DNA of 63,069 bases, the filler included, from Reclinomonas americana ATCC 50394 (Eukaryota), in assembly GCA_048213135.1 (NCBI GenBank). It is 3 parts of 3 records of this genome, joined end to end, with 100 filler letters (N's around TTAATTAATTAA, not from the genome) between each part and the next. Parts side by side here need not be neighbours in the genome. Positions count along the whole stretch, not along the records: positions 31,146 to 60,615 come from PS015226.1; 2 more parts are not named here. One strand, written 5' to 3'. The position numbers and the translations under genes were made by a program. Below are positions 36,901 to 50,126 of this stretch, piece after piece. Every line of letters begins with the position of its first letter. The first letter of the stretch is position 1. The notes under the pieces are model-generated. The model was given only the letters and a program-made list of their open reading frames with translations, was not told the DNA's origin and searched no databases.

Positions 36901-39152
36901 GCAGAACGAGTGTGAGGCAGACGGTCACCAGTCTCGAAAACAAGCACGTGTAACTCTGTTGGTATCCTCTCTCGGAGCATTGGACATGCTCTACCCACTT
37001 CTGATCTCCCACACTCACCCGATACATAATGTACGCCTGGATGATGGACTTGGTGGTCAGTGCCAGCGACCAGACCGGCAGCACAATGAGGAACACGCTG
37101 AGCCAGAAGTTGGGCGAGCGGACGAGCACGGTGATGGAGGCTGCACAGGATAGAAGAGGGGGAAAGGGGGGAAAAGGGAAGAGTGAGGAAAAGGAGAAGG
37201 GTGCAGTGACCTGCTGCTCATATTCCCCGCTTCTCAAACAACGAGACAGATGAAGCTCGAAAAGAAGGTCAACCATCCCCTTTCCCAATTTTCGCACCTT
37301 CCTGATGCGCACAGAACGACGGCGTAAAGCTAATCGACTCGAGAATCGAGCCGCCGCGATGCGAAAAGTCGAATGTGTTCTGCGCGCTGGTCAGCTTGCG
37401 ATCACTCATGCATCGCCCTCCGCCATCCACCTCACCTGCAGATTCCACACCACGCACTCCAGGTAGCCACTCGATACATCCTTGCTGCGGATCGAATATC
37501 GCACCTCCATGGAAGAGAGACGGCCAAAGAAATCTGCGCGCACGCACACAAAGTGAGAGAATAACCGCGTGCCGCGCCATTGCCTCTCTTCGACAAACCC
37601 GTGGCCACATCCGAGTTCACGTCCTGCAGCGGACCCAAGTCATTCGCCGTGATGACATACACGGTCTCCACGAGCGCCGAGTCAAACTCCTCTTCGTAGG
37701 TGCGATCGCGCACAGAGGAGGACTGGAAGGTGAAGGTGTGCAGCTCCACCGAGTATGGCTTCCCGTCCACGTCGGTGTCGTAGTACACGTCGAGGCTGGT
37801 GCTCGATAGTGCCACGTACTGTTAACAAGGGGAGGGGAGGGAGGGGAGGGAGAGGAGAAGAATAGAGCAGATCGGAATGGAGTGCAGTGGAACAGAAAAC
37901 GGAATACGCCACGATAGGTTGTGCGGAAATGCGAGGACGTGAGCAGAGAGAAGGGAATAGAGTGGAGTGGAATAGGAAACGGCACACGCCACGATAGATG
38001 GTGCGGAAGTGCGGCGAAGCGAGCAGAGAGAAGGGAAAACGAGAACAGAAGAGAGAGAGCGAGAGAGAGAGAAGAACAGTATGAAAAAACCGCAGCATGC
38101 ACGCAATTGTCGCAGACCAAAGTGACCAAGCAGACACAGACAAGCACAGCACAGGAACGAACAAGGGCACAGCCAAGAGGAAACACGCCCAATGAGAGCA
38201 GACATACACACACATACACAACATTTCGCAGTCAGCAAACATGACAACTCCCACGACAGCCCCCTGCATGCACGGAACATTGTTGACCAGCGTCAGCACC
38301 TCCACGCGCAACTCGTCACGCGTGTAAATCGACTTGGTCGGCGCTCCAACGGGAGCTGACGCAGAACAAGAATGAACAGTCACACAGACTGACACACACC
38401 AGTACACAGTCACGCACCACTCTCGAGAATCGTGGCAGCACCGGGGAGGAAAATGTGCTGAAACGTGTCGTTGCTGGCGGCGACATAGGGCGAGCGGTAG
38501 ATAGTGAGGAGAATGATCTGTGGAGGAGGAGAAAGGCAAAGTGAGATGCTGATAACAACGGAAGATCAACCTCACTGCTGCAGTCNNNNNNNNNNNNNNN
38601 NNNNNNNNNNNNNNNNNNNNNNNNNNNNNNNNNNNNNNNNNNNNNNNNNNNNNNNNNNNNNNNNNNNNNNNNNNNNNNNNNNNNNNNNNNNNNNNNNNNN
38701 NNNNNNNNNNNNNNNNNNNNNNNNNNNNNNNNNNNNNNNNNNNNNNNNNNNNNNNNNNNNNNNNNNNNNNNNNNNNNNNNNNNNNNNNNNNNNNNNNNNN
38801 NNNNNNNNNNNNNNNNNNNNNNNNNNNNNNNNNNNNNNNNNNNNNNNNNNNNNNNNNNNNNNNNNNNNNNNNNNNNNNNNNNNNNNNNNNNNNNNNNNNN
38901 NNNNNNNNNNNNNNNNNNNNNNNNNNNNNNNNNNNNNNNNNNNNNNNNNNNNNNNNNNNNNNNNNNNNNNNNNNNNNNNNNNNNNNNNNNNNNNNNNNNN
39001 NNNNNNNNNNNNNNNNNNNNNNNNNNNNNNNNNNNNNNNNNNNNNNNNNNNNNNNNNNNNNNNNNNNNNNNNNNNNNNNNNNNNNNNNNNNNNNNNNNNN
39101 NNNNNNNNNNNNNNNNNNNNNNNNNNNNNNNNNNNNNNNNNNNNNNNNNNNN

Positions 39153-39247
<95 letters not shown>

Positions 39248-39501
39248 TGTGCACCACTCAACATTGGTCAACACCAGACACGCAGTGACCAGGTGGATGA
39301 ACATCTTGAAGGGGAACTTGCCGAACTTGTACCACTGAGAGCAACACACAGTGAGAGAGAGAGAGAGAGACAGAGAGAGAGAGAGACAGTGTGGCAAAAG
39401 ACCTTGTTCAATGGTGACAGATAGAGTGGAGAGGTGGAGGGCATGTGCTTGCCGCGAAAGGCGCGCGGCTTGCGACAGCACAACAGCTGCTCGAGTGCCA
39501 T
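33966..39501 (-). CDS. MCOLN: Mucolipin (TRPML) cation channel
   Basis: LYLSPLNK-WYKFGKFPFKMFIHL, luminal loop, FNTWWVITFISN, SWINVVRYFEYHPKFY-LLITTL, pore FATFGETCVTLFAVLNGDVVRDTF, SRVYMYTFVALFIYSVLNIFILITEDAF; C-terminal coiled coil. Confidence 0.9.
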
Positions 39502-41041
39502 TCTTGAAGAGAGAGATGTGAGTGCGCGTCCTGTGAAGTCTCCGGACTCGGAGGCAAGCCTCTCTCTCCATGCAGAAAGTATGGAAAGCAGTTGGTATCA
39601 CAGCAGGAGCACTTGTGCAGTGAGGGAGAGTGAGAACAAGCTTGCATTTCGTTGCATGCAAGCATGTCTCCCGATATTCGACAGGTGCAAGAGAACGAAT
39701 GATGCAGGAGGCTGGGGAATACGCGCAGAGAGTGCAAGGACGAGCCCTGACACATACATCGTTGACCGTGGGCTTGTGGTGTTGAAGTGTGTTCGAATTC
39801 TGCTGAGTTTGCAAGCCAAGGGTCACGAGCGACGAAGGTAAAGACCCACTGTGTGTTGAGACACCTCGGCTCCCTCCTTGACACTGAATACGAGACGATC
39901 CACACCAACACGCACTGAAAACGCCGTGAAAAGACGACCTTTCGTCCGTCGATATCGCGACGTTTTATGTCCTGCCTCTTAAAAGGCCTTCTACGTGCCA
40001 AACACCTCGCATCATAATTCTCTATAGCTCTACCATATAGTTTGTCACACTATCCACCGCAGTACACACTGAAAACACCGTGAAAACACGACCCTTCGCG
40101 CCTTTTGTCCTTCCACTCTTCACTTTCNNNNNNNNNNNNNNNNNNNNNNNNNNNNNNNNNNNNNNNNNNNNNNNNNNNNNNNNNNNNNNNNNNNNNNNNN
40201 NNNNNNNNNNNNNNNNNNNNNNNNNNNNNNNNNNNNNNNNNNNNNNNNNNNNNNNNNNNNNNNNNNNNNNNNNNNNNNNNNNNNNNNNNNNNNNNNNNNN
40301 NNNNNNNNNNNNNNNNNNNNNNNNNNNNNNNNNNNNNNNNNNNNNNNNNNNNNNNNNNNNNNNNNNNNNNNNNNNNNNNNNNNNNNNNNNNNNNNNNNNN
40401 NNNNNNNNNNNNNNNNNNNNNNNNNNNNNNNNNNNNNNNNNNNNNNNNNNNNNNNNNNNNNNNNNNNNNNNNNNNNNNNNNNNNNNNNNNNNNNNNNNNN
40501 NNNNNNNNNNNNNNNNNNNNNNNNNNNNNNNNNNNNNNNNNNNNNNNNNNNNNNNNNNNNNNNNNNNNNNNNNNNNNNNNNNNNNNNNNNNNNNNNNNNN
40601 NNNNNNNNNNNNNNNNNNNNNNNNNNNNNNNNNNNNNNNNNNNNNNNNNNNNNNNNNNNNNNNNNNNNNNNNNNNNNNNNNNNNNNNNNNNNNNNNNNNN
40701 NNNNNNNNNNNNNNNNNNNNNNNNNNNNNNNNNNNNNNNNNNNNNNNNNNNNNNNNNNNNNNNNNNNNNNNNNNNNNNNNNNNNNNNNNNNNNNNNNNNN
40801 NNNNNNNNNNNNNNNNNNNNNNNNNNNNNNNNNNNNNNNNNNNNNNNNNNNNNNNNNNNNNNNNNNNNNNNNNNNNNNNNNNNNNNNNNNNNNNNNNNNN
40901 NNNNNNNNNNNNNNNNNNNNNNNNNNNNNNNNNNNNNNNNNNNNNNNNNNNNNNNNNNNNNNNNNNNNNNNNNNNNNNNNNNNNNNNNNNNNNNNNNNNN
41001 NNNNNNNNNNNNNNNNNNNNNNNNNNNNNNNNNNNNNNNNN

Positions 41042-42063
41042 TCAATCAATGACCTCTCCAGGAGCAACCACCGGAGGCACTCCTCCTCTCTCCGCCTCCT
41101 CTGCCTCTCACAGCAGCAGAGACCTCCCTCACTCTCTCTCACAGCCTCCTCTCCTTTGCAACAACAGTTGCAGGAGAGCTCCAAAGTCGGCTTCTTCTGT
41201 CAGTACTGCAAGCAGCCAGTGGAGCTGACGAGAACGTATGCGGATGCGAGTTGCGGGCGAGGAAAAGCGGGGGAAAAGCGGAGGAGATTGTGTGTGTGAG
41301 AGNNNNNNNNNNNNNNNNNNNNNNNNNNNNNNNNNNNNNNNNNNNNNNNNNNNNNNNNNNNNNNNNNNNNNNNNNNNNNNNNNNNNNNNNNNNNNNNNNN
41401 NNNNNNNNNNNNNNNNNNNNNNNNNNNNNNNNNNNNNNNNNNNNNNNNNNNNNNNNNNNNNNNNNNNNNNNNNNNNNNNNNNNNNNNNNNNNNNNNNNNN
41501 NNNNNNNNNNNNNNNNNNNNNNNNNNNNNNNNNNNNNNNNNNNNNNNNNNNNNNNNNNNNNNNNNNNNNNNNNNNNNNNNNNNNNNNNNNNNNNNNNNNN
41601 NNNNNNNNNNNNNNNNNNNNNNNNNNNNNNNNNNNNNNNNNNNNNNNNNNNNNNNNNNNNNNNNNNNNNNNNNNNNNNNNNNNNNNNNNNNNNNNNNNNN
41701 NNNNNNNNNNNNNNNNNNNNNNNNNNNNNNNNNNNNNNNNNNNNNNNNNNNNNNNNNNNNNNNNNNNNNNNNNNNNNNNNNNNNNNNNNNNNNNNNNNNN
41801 NNNNNNNNNNNNNNNNNNNNNNNNNNNNNNNNNNNNNNNNNNNNNNNNNNNNNNNNNNNNNNNNNNNNNNNNNNNNNNNNNNNNNNNNNNNNNNNNNNNN
41901 NNNNNNNNNNNNNNNNNNNNNNNNNNNNNNNNNNNNNNNNNNNNNNNNNNNNNNNNNNNNNNNNNNNNNNNNNNGTGTGTGTGTGTGTGTGTGTGTGCGC
42001 AGACTTGTTGCCTCCAGAGATTCGACGGTTTGTTGTCAGTCTCTCTCTCTCACACAGTCTCTC

Positions 42064-42113
<50 letters not shown>

Positions 42114-42331
42114 TTCAATCAGCATCTCACAAACCATTATCTCTCATACACAGTCACTCTCTCTCAGTCTCTCTCCCATTCCCCCGCCGCTCTCTGTCTC
42201 TCTCACACTCAGTCTCTCTCTCTCTCTCTCTCTCTCACTCATTCACAAATCGTCTGTCATTCTCTCTTTTACTCTCTCTCAGTCTCTCTCCCTTGCCTCT
42301 CTACCCTCACACACACTCTCATCCTCTTTTC

Positions 42332-42369
<38 letters not shown>

Positions 42370-45300
42370 GATTCTCTGTGAGCTTCCTGTCTCATTGTCA
42401 GATGAATTCTCGGCTTCGTTCATCTCTTTTCTCTCATACTCACTCTTTCTTCATCAGTCTCCTCTCATCCTCATCAGTCATCTTCTCCATTGCGACGCTG
42501 TTCTCCTTGCTCTTGTTTCATCTTTTCCTTCCACTCCTCACCGTTCTCCGCCCTCGTTCTTCAATTCGTCACTCTTTCTTGTCCTTCTTGATTGCTCATG
42601 TTCTTCTCGTCTTCTGCCCTTATTCTTCGTTTGTTCTCTCTCTCTCTCTCACTCTCTCTCACTCTCTCTCACTCTCTCTCTCTCTTCTCCTGTTCTCCAC
42701 CCCGACTGCTTCACCCATTTCCCTCTCCCTCTCTCGTAGCATGCTCGACGCGCGCATGATCACCGTGGCCGACATTGCTGCACACCTCTTTGACGAGGCC
42801 ACCACAGCCACCGCCGTGCAGCATCCGCTGTGTCACGAGTGTGTGCAAGCGCTGGAGTTGGAGTTTTCGACGGAGCTGCAGGTCAGTGGAGGAGAGGGAA
42901 GGGGAAAAGAGAAGGGGAGGAGTAGGAGCGGGGGAAGAGCATGGGAAGAGAGAGGGAAGAGAAGGGGGAAGAGAGGGGGAAGAGAAGGGGAAGAGATGGG
43001 GGAAAAGATGGGGGAAGAGAAGGGGGAAGAGGAAAAGGGAGGAGAGGATGTGAGAGGAGAAGAGAAGGGGAGAGTAGGAGGAAGAGAGGGGAAGGGAGGG
43101 GTGGTGATTTCGAGAGACGTGGAAAATGCGTGACTCTCCCTAGGCAGATGAGCTGCTCCGTGAGTGAGAGAGAGTGTGTGTGAGTGCAGAGGGCATTGGA
43201 ATCTCCTGAACAATCGAGCAAGATAGCATAGTAAGTAGTTGTGAAGGCACTTCGCGAGCTGGTGGCGAGCGAGGGCGCGCCCGCATTGCTGAAAACAAAG
43301 AGGAGATGAGCCTCGGCCGCTCTGCATTGCCGCTCTAATGGGCTTGCACTAACGTACATTTCCTCTCACGCCATGAGATAGCGCAAAAGACAGACAGAGA
43401 AATCGTAACTCGGATTCTTCTCTCCCTTCTCCCACTCCCCTTTCCCTCCCTCCCCCTTCCCCTACACCAGGACATCGAATCCGACATGCGCCTCTACGAA
43501 GGCATCCGCGAGGACGAGGCGCACCTGGAAAGCATCGACCGCAGCATCTCCAGCGAGGCACACCGCGAGGAGATGCGCCGCTTTGCCGAGGAGGAGGAGA
43601 CGTTGCGGGCGGATCTGGCGCGCATGGAACACGAATTGCGGCAGATCGAGACCGAGGAGGCCAAGTACGCGGCCGAGCGCGACGAGCTGGCGCGCCGCGA
43701 GGAGGACTACTGGGAGCAGTATTTCGACTACCAGACGCAGCTGCACGACTTTTTCGAGGAACGCGACTCGATCCAGCTGCGCACGTGCGCCCTGCTGGAG
43801 AAGCACCAGAAGCTGAAGGCCACCAACGTCCTCAACGATGTGTTCCACATCGACAAGGACGCGCATTTCGGCACCATCAATGGTCTCCGTCTCGGCAAGT
43901 TGACGTCGATGCCGGTGGAGTGGAGTGAGATCAATGCGGCGCTCGGGCACACGTGTTTCCTCGTGAGCACCATTGCGAGGAAGATTGGATTGGAGTTTCA
44001 ATTGTTGCGCGGGAGGGGGAAGGAGGGGGGGAGAAGGGGGGAGAAGGGGGGAGAAGGGGGGATGGGACAAGGGAGGATTGAGAGGGATGAGAGATGGACT
44101 TTCCCTGACTCCGATAGTCTCCCTCTCTTGATTCTGGGAGGAAAGAGGGGGTGATTGTGAAATCAGGCGCAGCGGAGGAAGAATTGAAGAATAGAAGAGA
44201 AGTCTCTGGCTTTGATTCAGAGGATATATGGTGCTGTTGTCAGTCTTGCTGACTTTACTGTTTGTCTCGGTCGCTGACGACTTGAGCTGGTGTTTCCTTC
44301 TTTCCTCGTTCTCTCTCTCTGTTTGTCAGTCGTTCTTTAATCATGCAGTCTGGCGGCAAGTCTCTCTCATTCTCTACATTTCGCTCTCTTTCTCCTGTCG
44401 CGCGCGTGCTGTCTCTCGCTCCAGCTGGCTCTACTCCCCCTTTGCTCCATCGCGTCTCTCATTCTCGATTTCTGGCACTGACTTGCTCTCTCTCTCTCAC
44501 TCACTCACACTTGCACTCAGTCTCTCTTTCCCTCTTTCTCTCTTTCTCTCTCTCCCTTGCTCTTTCGCGATTTCTCATTGTCGATTTCTGGCACTGACTC
44601 TTATCTGTCTCTCTCTTCTCTCTTTCGTCTTCTCTCTCTCTTCTCTCTCTCTCTCTCGTCTTCTCTCCCTCTCCCTCCTCTCTCTCTCCCTCTCTCTGTC
44701 CCNNNNNNNNNNNNNNNNNNNNNNNNNNNNNNNNNNNNNNNNNNNNNNNNNNNNNNNNNNNNNNNNNNNNNNNNNNNNNNNNNNNNNNNNNNNNNNNNNN
44801 NNNNNNNNNNNNNNNNNNNNNNNNNNNNNNNNNNNNNNNNNNNNNNNNNNNNNNNNNNNNNNNNNNNNNNNNNNNNNNNNNNNNNNNNNNNNNNNNNNNN
44901 NNNNNNNNNNNNNNNNNNNNNNNNNNNNNNNNNNNNNNNNNNNNNNNNNNNNNNNNNNNNNNNNNNNNNNNNNNNNNNNNNNNNNNNNNNNNNNNNNNNN
45001 NNNNNNNNNNNNNNNNNNNNNNNNNNNNNNNNNNNNNNNNNNNNNNNNNNNNNNNNNNNNNNNNNNNNNNNNNNNNNNNNNNNNNNNNNNNNNNNNNNNN
45101 NNNNNNNNNNNNNNNNNNNNNNNNNNNNNNNNNNNNNNNNNNNNNNNNNNNNNNNNNNNNNNNNNNNNNNNNNNNNNNNNNNNNNNNNNNNNNNNNNNNN
45201 NNNNNNNNNNNNNNNNNNNNNNNNNNNNNNNNNNNNNNNNNNNNNNNNNNNNNNNNNNNNNNNNNNNNNNNNNNNNNNNNNNNNNNNNNNNNNNNNNNNN

Positions 45301-46333
45301 NNNNNNNNNNNNNNNNNNNNNNNNNNNNNNNNNNNNNNNNNNNNNNNNNNNNNNNNNNNNNNNNNNNNNNNNNNNNNNNNNNNNNNNNNNNNNNNNTGTG
45401 TCCCTCTCTCCCTCTCCTTCGTCCTCTTTGCTCACTGCCTCGGTCAACAGAAACCGCCTGACACCGATGGGGAGCTACTCAAAAGTCACCAAGCTGGACC
45501 GCTCGCGCACGGTCTACGACCTGGCCGGCGGCGGCGGCGGCATGTTCTGGAACAAGAAATTCGACAATGCGCTGTGCGGGTTGCTGGAGTGCGTGATGGA
45601 GACGGCGGCGTTTCTTGCCACGAGGGACCCGTCGTTTTCGCTGCCGTATCCGTTGCGTGCATCGGGGGGGAAGTAGAGGGGATTGGGGAGCGGGAAGGAA
45701 AGAGAGATCATCGTATCTGCTGCTCTGTGTGTGAGAGAAAGAAAGAGTGGGAGGCGGCAAACACTGGGTTCATGATTTGTTTTTGCTCGATCTTTACGTC
45801 TCTCTCAACCCCGCATATGGATGAATGGGAGGCTGAGAAAGGCGAGAGGCATGTGGGACCATGGTTGTTCTTGCTCTCTCCAATGCGTCTTATGAGATTC
45901 GCAACGTGATAGGCGAGTGAGAGAACGTCGACATGATCGAACAGGGAGGCATCTTTCGCGTCTCCTTTGCGTTGCTCTGGACTCATGTTTGGGCATCGAT
46001 TACACTGCTGTCTCGATTTTGAGAAGAATTGTAGAGCAAGAGTGAGAACATGTTGTGCCTGTTGCATTTGAGAAACAGAAGGAGAATACTCATCTCCTGT
46101 TCCTTCCCTTCCTCCTCCGTGCAGCATCGATGGAGAGACAGTCGGCGAGCTGTCCGTGCGACTCGGCTCCTCGGACGAGAAATGGACAAAAGCCATGAAG
46201 TACATGCTGTTGGATATCAAGTTGCGTTTCCTGTGCGCGATTGCTAAGTGCCTCGCTTTGCGTTCACACCGCTTTGCTGCACAGAGCGTGCTTGACGTGT
46301 GTTGTTGCGCTGAAATCACAAAGACCATCGTAA
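41042..46333 (+). CDS. BECN1: Beclin-1 / ATG6 / Vps30
   Basis: FFCQYCKQPV, HPLCHECV, coiled coil, LKATNVLNDVFHI...FGTINGLRLG...VEWSEINAALGH, PMGSYSK, KFDNAL, LPY, EKWTKAMKYMLLDIK; start lies in or near the gap. Confidence 0.93.
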
Positions 46334-46414
46334 GTCGGAAACAAGTAAACCGACAGCATGCATCGATGTTACTTTTGTCAGTTTCTCCTCTAACTCTCTC
46401 TCGGTCGGAGCGCT

Positions 46415-49202
46415 TTACGATCCGCCACCACCGCCGGCGCCGCCACTGCCGCCACCGGCAAAGAGTCCGTTGAGCACCATGATCAGCACCACCGGCACAA
46501 TGTAGATCCAGTATTTGGCGAAGAAGCCCGGCTCGGGGGCGGCGACCGGGGTCTCGCGGCGGACAGAGGGCCTTGAGGGGGAAGCGAGGGGAAGAGCGGG
46601 TAAGCTCGTGATCGTACACACACTTGCTCTCTCTCCTTTTCTCTCTTGTGCACATCGGTCGACAGCAGTACACCTCGCGACAACAAGTGCAGTCCAGCAC
46701 TCTGTTCTATGTTCCCCACTCTCATTTCCTCTCTCTATTGCACAATTCAGACAAGCATACATCGTGACAGCGAGGAGAAGTCGATGAGCCTCTCTCACTT
46801 CCCTAATCATCTGTGGATTGCGTAAAGAAAGAGTGTGCAGCACGCCGTTCTCTGTCGCACCTCACACTACTTCTCTCTCTGCACTTGAAAGGAAAACACA
46901 TCGCAAAGCGACAAACTCAAGCACCCACCACTCTTCATCTCTGCCATCTCAAGTCAAACACCTCTTGCGTCGGCTTCTGTTTTCTCTCTCTCTCTCTCTC
47001 TCTCTCTGCCCCTCTCACTCTCATCCGTCCCCTTTCTCCCTCCCTCCCCCTTTCCCTCTCCCTCACCCTTCCCCTTTCATCCTCCCTCCCCCTTCCCTCC
47101 CACTCACCCTCTTCGCCCCACTAACTCTCATCCTTCCCCTTTCCCCTCCCTCCCCCTTTCCCTCTCCCTCACCCTTCCCCTTTCACCCTCCCTCCCCCTT
47201 CCCTCCCACTCACCCTATCTGCCCCTCTCACTCTCATCCTTCCCCTTTCGCCTCTCCCCCTTCCCTTCCCCTTTGCCCCTCCCTCCCCCTCCCCCTTCAT
47301 CCTCACCTCACCGCCGACGCACTCCTCAGCTGCCGAAAGCGAAACGCCGGCAACTTGCCCGCCTCCACCTTCTTCATCCCGCGCGCAAACGCCTCCTCAC
47401 ACTCGGCCGCACTCGCCACCACCGCCGACGCAGCACTGGCAGAAGACTCACTGACCACTCCCGCCTCCAAGCTCAACGCATGCACAAACGCCGTCGCGCT
47501 GCTCTCCCCACTCAGCTCCACCCACACCGTCTGCTCGCGCTTTCCCGCCGCAAAGAGACGACACAGAGGCATCGCTGCGGTCACCGCCTGCGCATTGTCG
47601 TTGACCACTCGCAGGCGAAACAGTGATTGAGACTGAGATTGTTGAGCGCGCGCAGTCAGAGTCGCCAGTGTGGTTTCCCATTGAGAGCGATCGGAGCGGG
47701 AGCTCAGCTTGGAGCCGTCGACGGTGAGTTCCGCGAGGTAGTGCCATTCGGGGGAGGAGGTGGAGGCTATGTATGATATGAGGGGGAAAGGGAGGGGGGA
47801 GAAAGGGGAGGGGATGGGGGNNNNNNNNNNNNNNNNNNNNNNNNNNNNNNNNNNNNNNNNNNNNNNNNNNNNNNNNNNNNNNNNNNNNNNNNNNNNNNNN
47901 NNNNNNNNNNNNNNNNNNNNNNNNNNNNNNNNNNNNNNNNNNNNNNNNNNNNNNNNNNNNNNNNNNNNNNNNNNNNNNNNNNNNNNNNNNNNNNNNNNNN
48001 NNNNNNNNNNNNNNNNNNNNNNNNNNNNNNNNNNNNNNNNNNNNNNNNNNNNNNNNNNNNNNNNNNNNNNNNNNNNNNNNNNNNNNNNNNNNNNNNNNNN
48101 NNNNNNNNNNNNNNNNNNNNNNNNNNNNNNNNNNNNNNNNNNNNNNNNNNNNNNNNNNNNNNNNNNNNNNNTCTCTCATCCCTCCCCTTTCTCCCTCCCT
48201 CCCCCTTCCCTCTCCCTCCTCCTTCCCTCGCTTCTCACCTCACCGCCCTTCTCTTTCTCTCTCTCTCTCCCTCTCCCTCCCTCCCCTTCCCCCTTTGCCC
48301 CTCCCCCCTCCCCCCTCCCCCTTCATCCTCACCTCACCGCCGACGCACTCCTCAGCTGCCGAAAGCGAAACGCCGGCAACTTGCCCGCCTCCACCTTCTT
48401 CATCCCGCGCGCAAACGCCTCCTCACACTCGGCCGCACTCGCCACCACCGCCGACGCAGCACTGGCAGAAGACTCACTGACCACTCCCGCCTCCAAGCTC
48501 AACGCATGCACAAACGCCGTCGCACTGCTCTCCCCACTCAGCTCCACCCACACCGTCTGCTCGCGCTTTCCCGTCGCAAAGAGACGACACAGAGGCATCG
48601 CTGCGGTCACCGCCTGCGCATTGTCGTTGACCACGCGCAGACGAAACAGTGATTGAGACTGAGATTGTTGAGCGCGTGTAGTCAGGGTCGCCAGTGTGGT
48701 TTCCCATTGAGAGCGATCGGAGCGGGAGCTCAGCTTGGAGCCGTCGACGGTGAGTTCCGCGAGGTAGTGCCACTCGGGGGAGGAGGTGGAGGCTATGTAT
48801 GATATGAGGGGGAAAGGGAGGGGNNNNNNNNNNNNNNNNNNNNGAGTGAGTGAGTGAGTGAGTGAGTGAGTGAGTGAGTGAGTGAGTGAGTGAGTGAGTG
48901 GAAGAGTGAGTGAGTGAGTGAGTGAGTGAGTGAGTGAGTGAGTGAGTGAGTGAGTGAGTGGAAGAGTGAGTGAGTGAGTGAGTGAGTGAGTGTGTGAGAG
49001 AGGGAGAGTGAGTGAGTGAGCGAGTGTGTGAGAGAGGGAGAGTGAGTGAGCGAGCGAGTGTGTGAGAGAGGGAGAGTGAGTGAGTGAGTGAGTGAGAGTG
49101 AGTGAGTGAGTGAGTGAGTGAGTGAGTGTGAGTGAATGATGAGTGAGTGTGTGTGTGTGTGCAAGGGAACCTCATATCTTCTCTCATTCTCACACCTCTC
49201 CT

Positions 49203-49239
<37 letters not shown>

Positions 49240-49371
49240 GCCCCCATGTGTGTGTGTTTCTCTCTCTCACTCACCATCAGACACTGCAAATTGCACCTCG
49301 AATCGTGCTTCTGTGAGGCACACAGCGCACACAATGCACAGTGTGAAGAGAAGCAGCAACGAGAGACGCAT
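46415..49371 (-). CDS. EMC10: ER membrane protein complex subunit 10-like (signal peptide, luminal domain, C-terminal TM)
   Basis: Signal exon MRLSLLLLFTLCIVCAVC; C-terminal GFFAKYWIYIVPVVLIMVL followed by a Gly-rich tail, as in EMC10 (SFFAKYWMYI); middle exon present twice. Confidence 0.78.
47290..48823. repeat. Near-identical duplication of the EMC10 middle exon plus flanks (~47290-47800 and ~48315-48823), separated by an N gap
   Basis: About 8 substitutions counted by eye over roughly 500 nt; no indels in the exon. Confidence 0.9.
48844..49150. repeat. (GAGT)n microsatellite in EMC10 intron 1, with periodic GGAA interruptions
   Basis: Direct tandem repeat; interruptions near 48900 and 48960 are 60 nt apart. 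Confidence 0.9.
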
Positions 49372-50126
49372 TCTCTCAAACAACAAGGTGAGAGGTGTGA
49401 CAATCACTGTGTTGCGGGACGAGGGGACCCTCCGTTGGGCCCTTCCGGAGTCTGTGTCCATGTGGTGGGGAGAGAAGTCGAGTGTTTGCTACTTGGGAGA
49501 CAGCAGGAAACAGAAAAAAGCGAAAAAAAAAGCCACAAAAACGCACAGAAACTTCGAAGTGCTCGCTCTATGTGGTCTCCCTGCAAGCGGAAGGAAGAAG
49601 GGGAAGAAGGGAGATGAGAGCCGAGTACACGAGCAACAGGTGCTTTGATGACCAAGAGCATCTTGAAGGCAGGGCAGCTGCAGCGGAATCCATAGATTTC
49701 CTGGCCGTGCGCTCTCACTGGCTGCTGGCAAGCTCGACTTTGAGGTATGCCCGCTCTTTTGCTACTGCCAAGACAACAGCTGCTTGATTTCACAGTTGTT
49801 GCACCAACGAGGGTCGCCCGGCGAGTCAATCGCGGTCGCTGCGATCTTGATGCACTTGCTCGATCTCGATATCCTCTCTCGCTCACGCATGTTGTGTCGC
49901 CTTCAGTGACGGCTGCACACACGAGTGAAGCGATCCGATGCATGCCACCCCACTAAAAGCAGCGCAGAGAACACGGCTTGCTCCCTCGTCCTTCCCCCTC
50001 ACCCACGCTCCCTGCACTCTCCAACAACCAAAAACCTTCACTCTCACTGAAAGGGAAAAATATAGAAAAAGAGACGAGTGCATGCAAGAAGTAAAGAGAC
50101 CAAACGGGGAAGAATGAAAACCACTG

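Noticed and set aside
48844-49150. CRISPR-like or telomeric array
   Set aside because: Simple tetranucleotide microsatellite with no unique spacers, located within an intron.
49404-49956. Possible small gene between EMC10 and the NHE
   Set aside because: ORFs on both strands lack recognisable motifs or convincing exon structure; may be UTR/promoter sequence.
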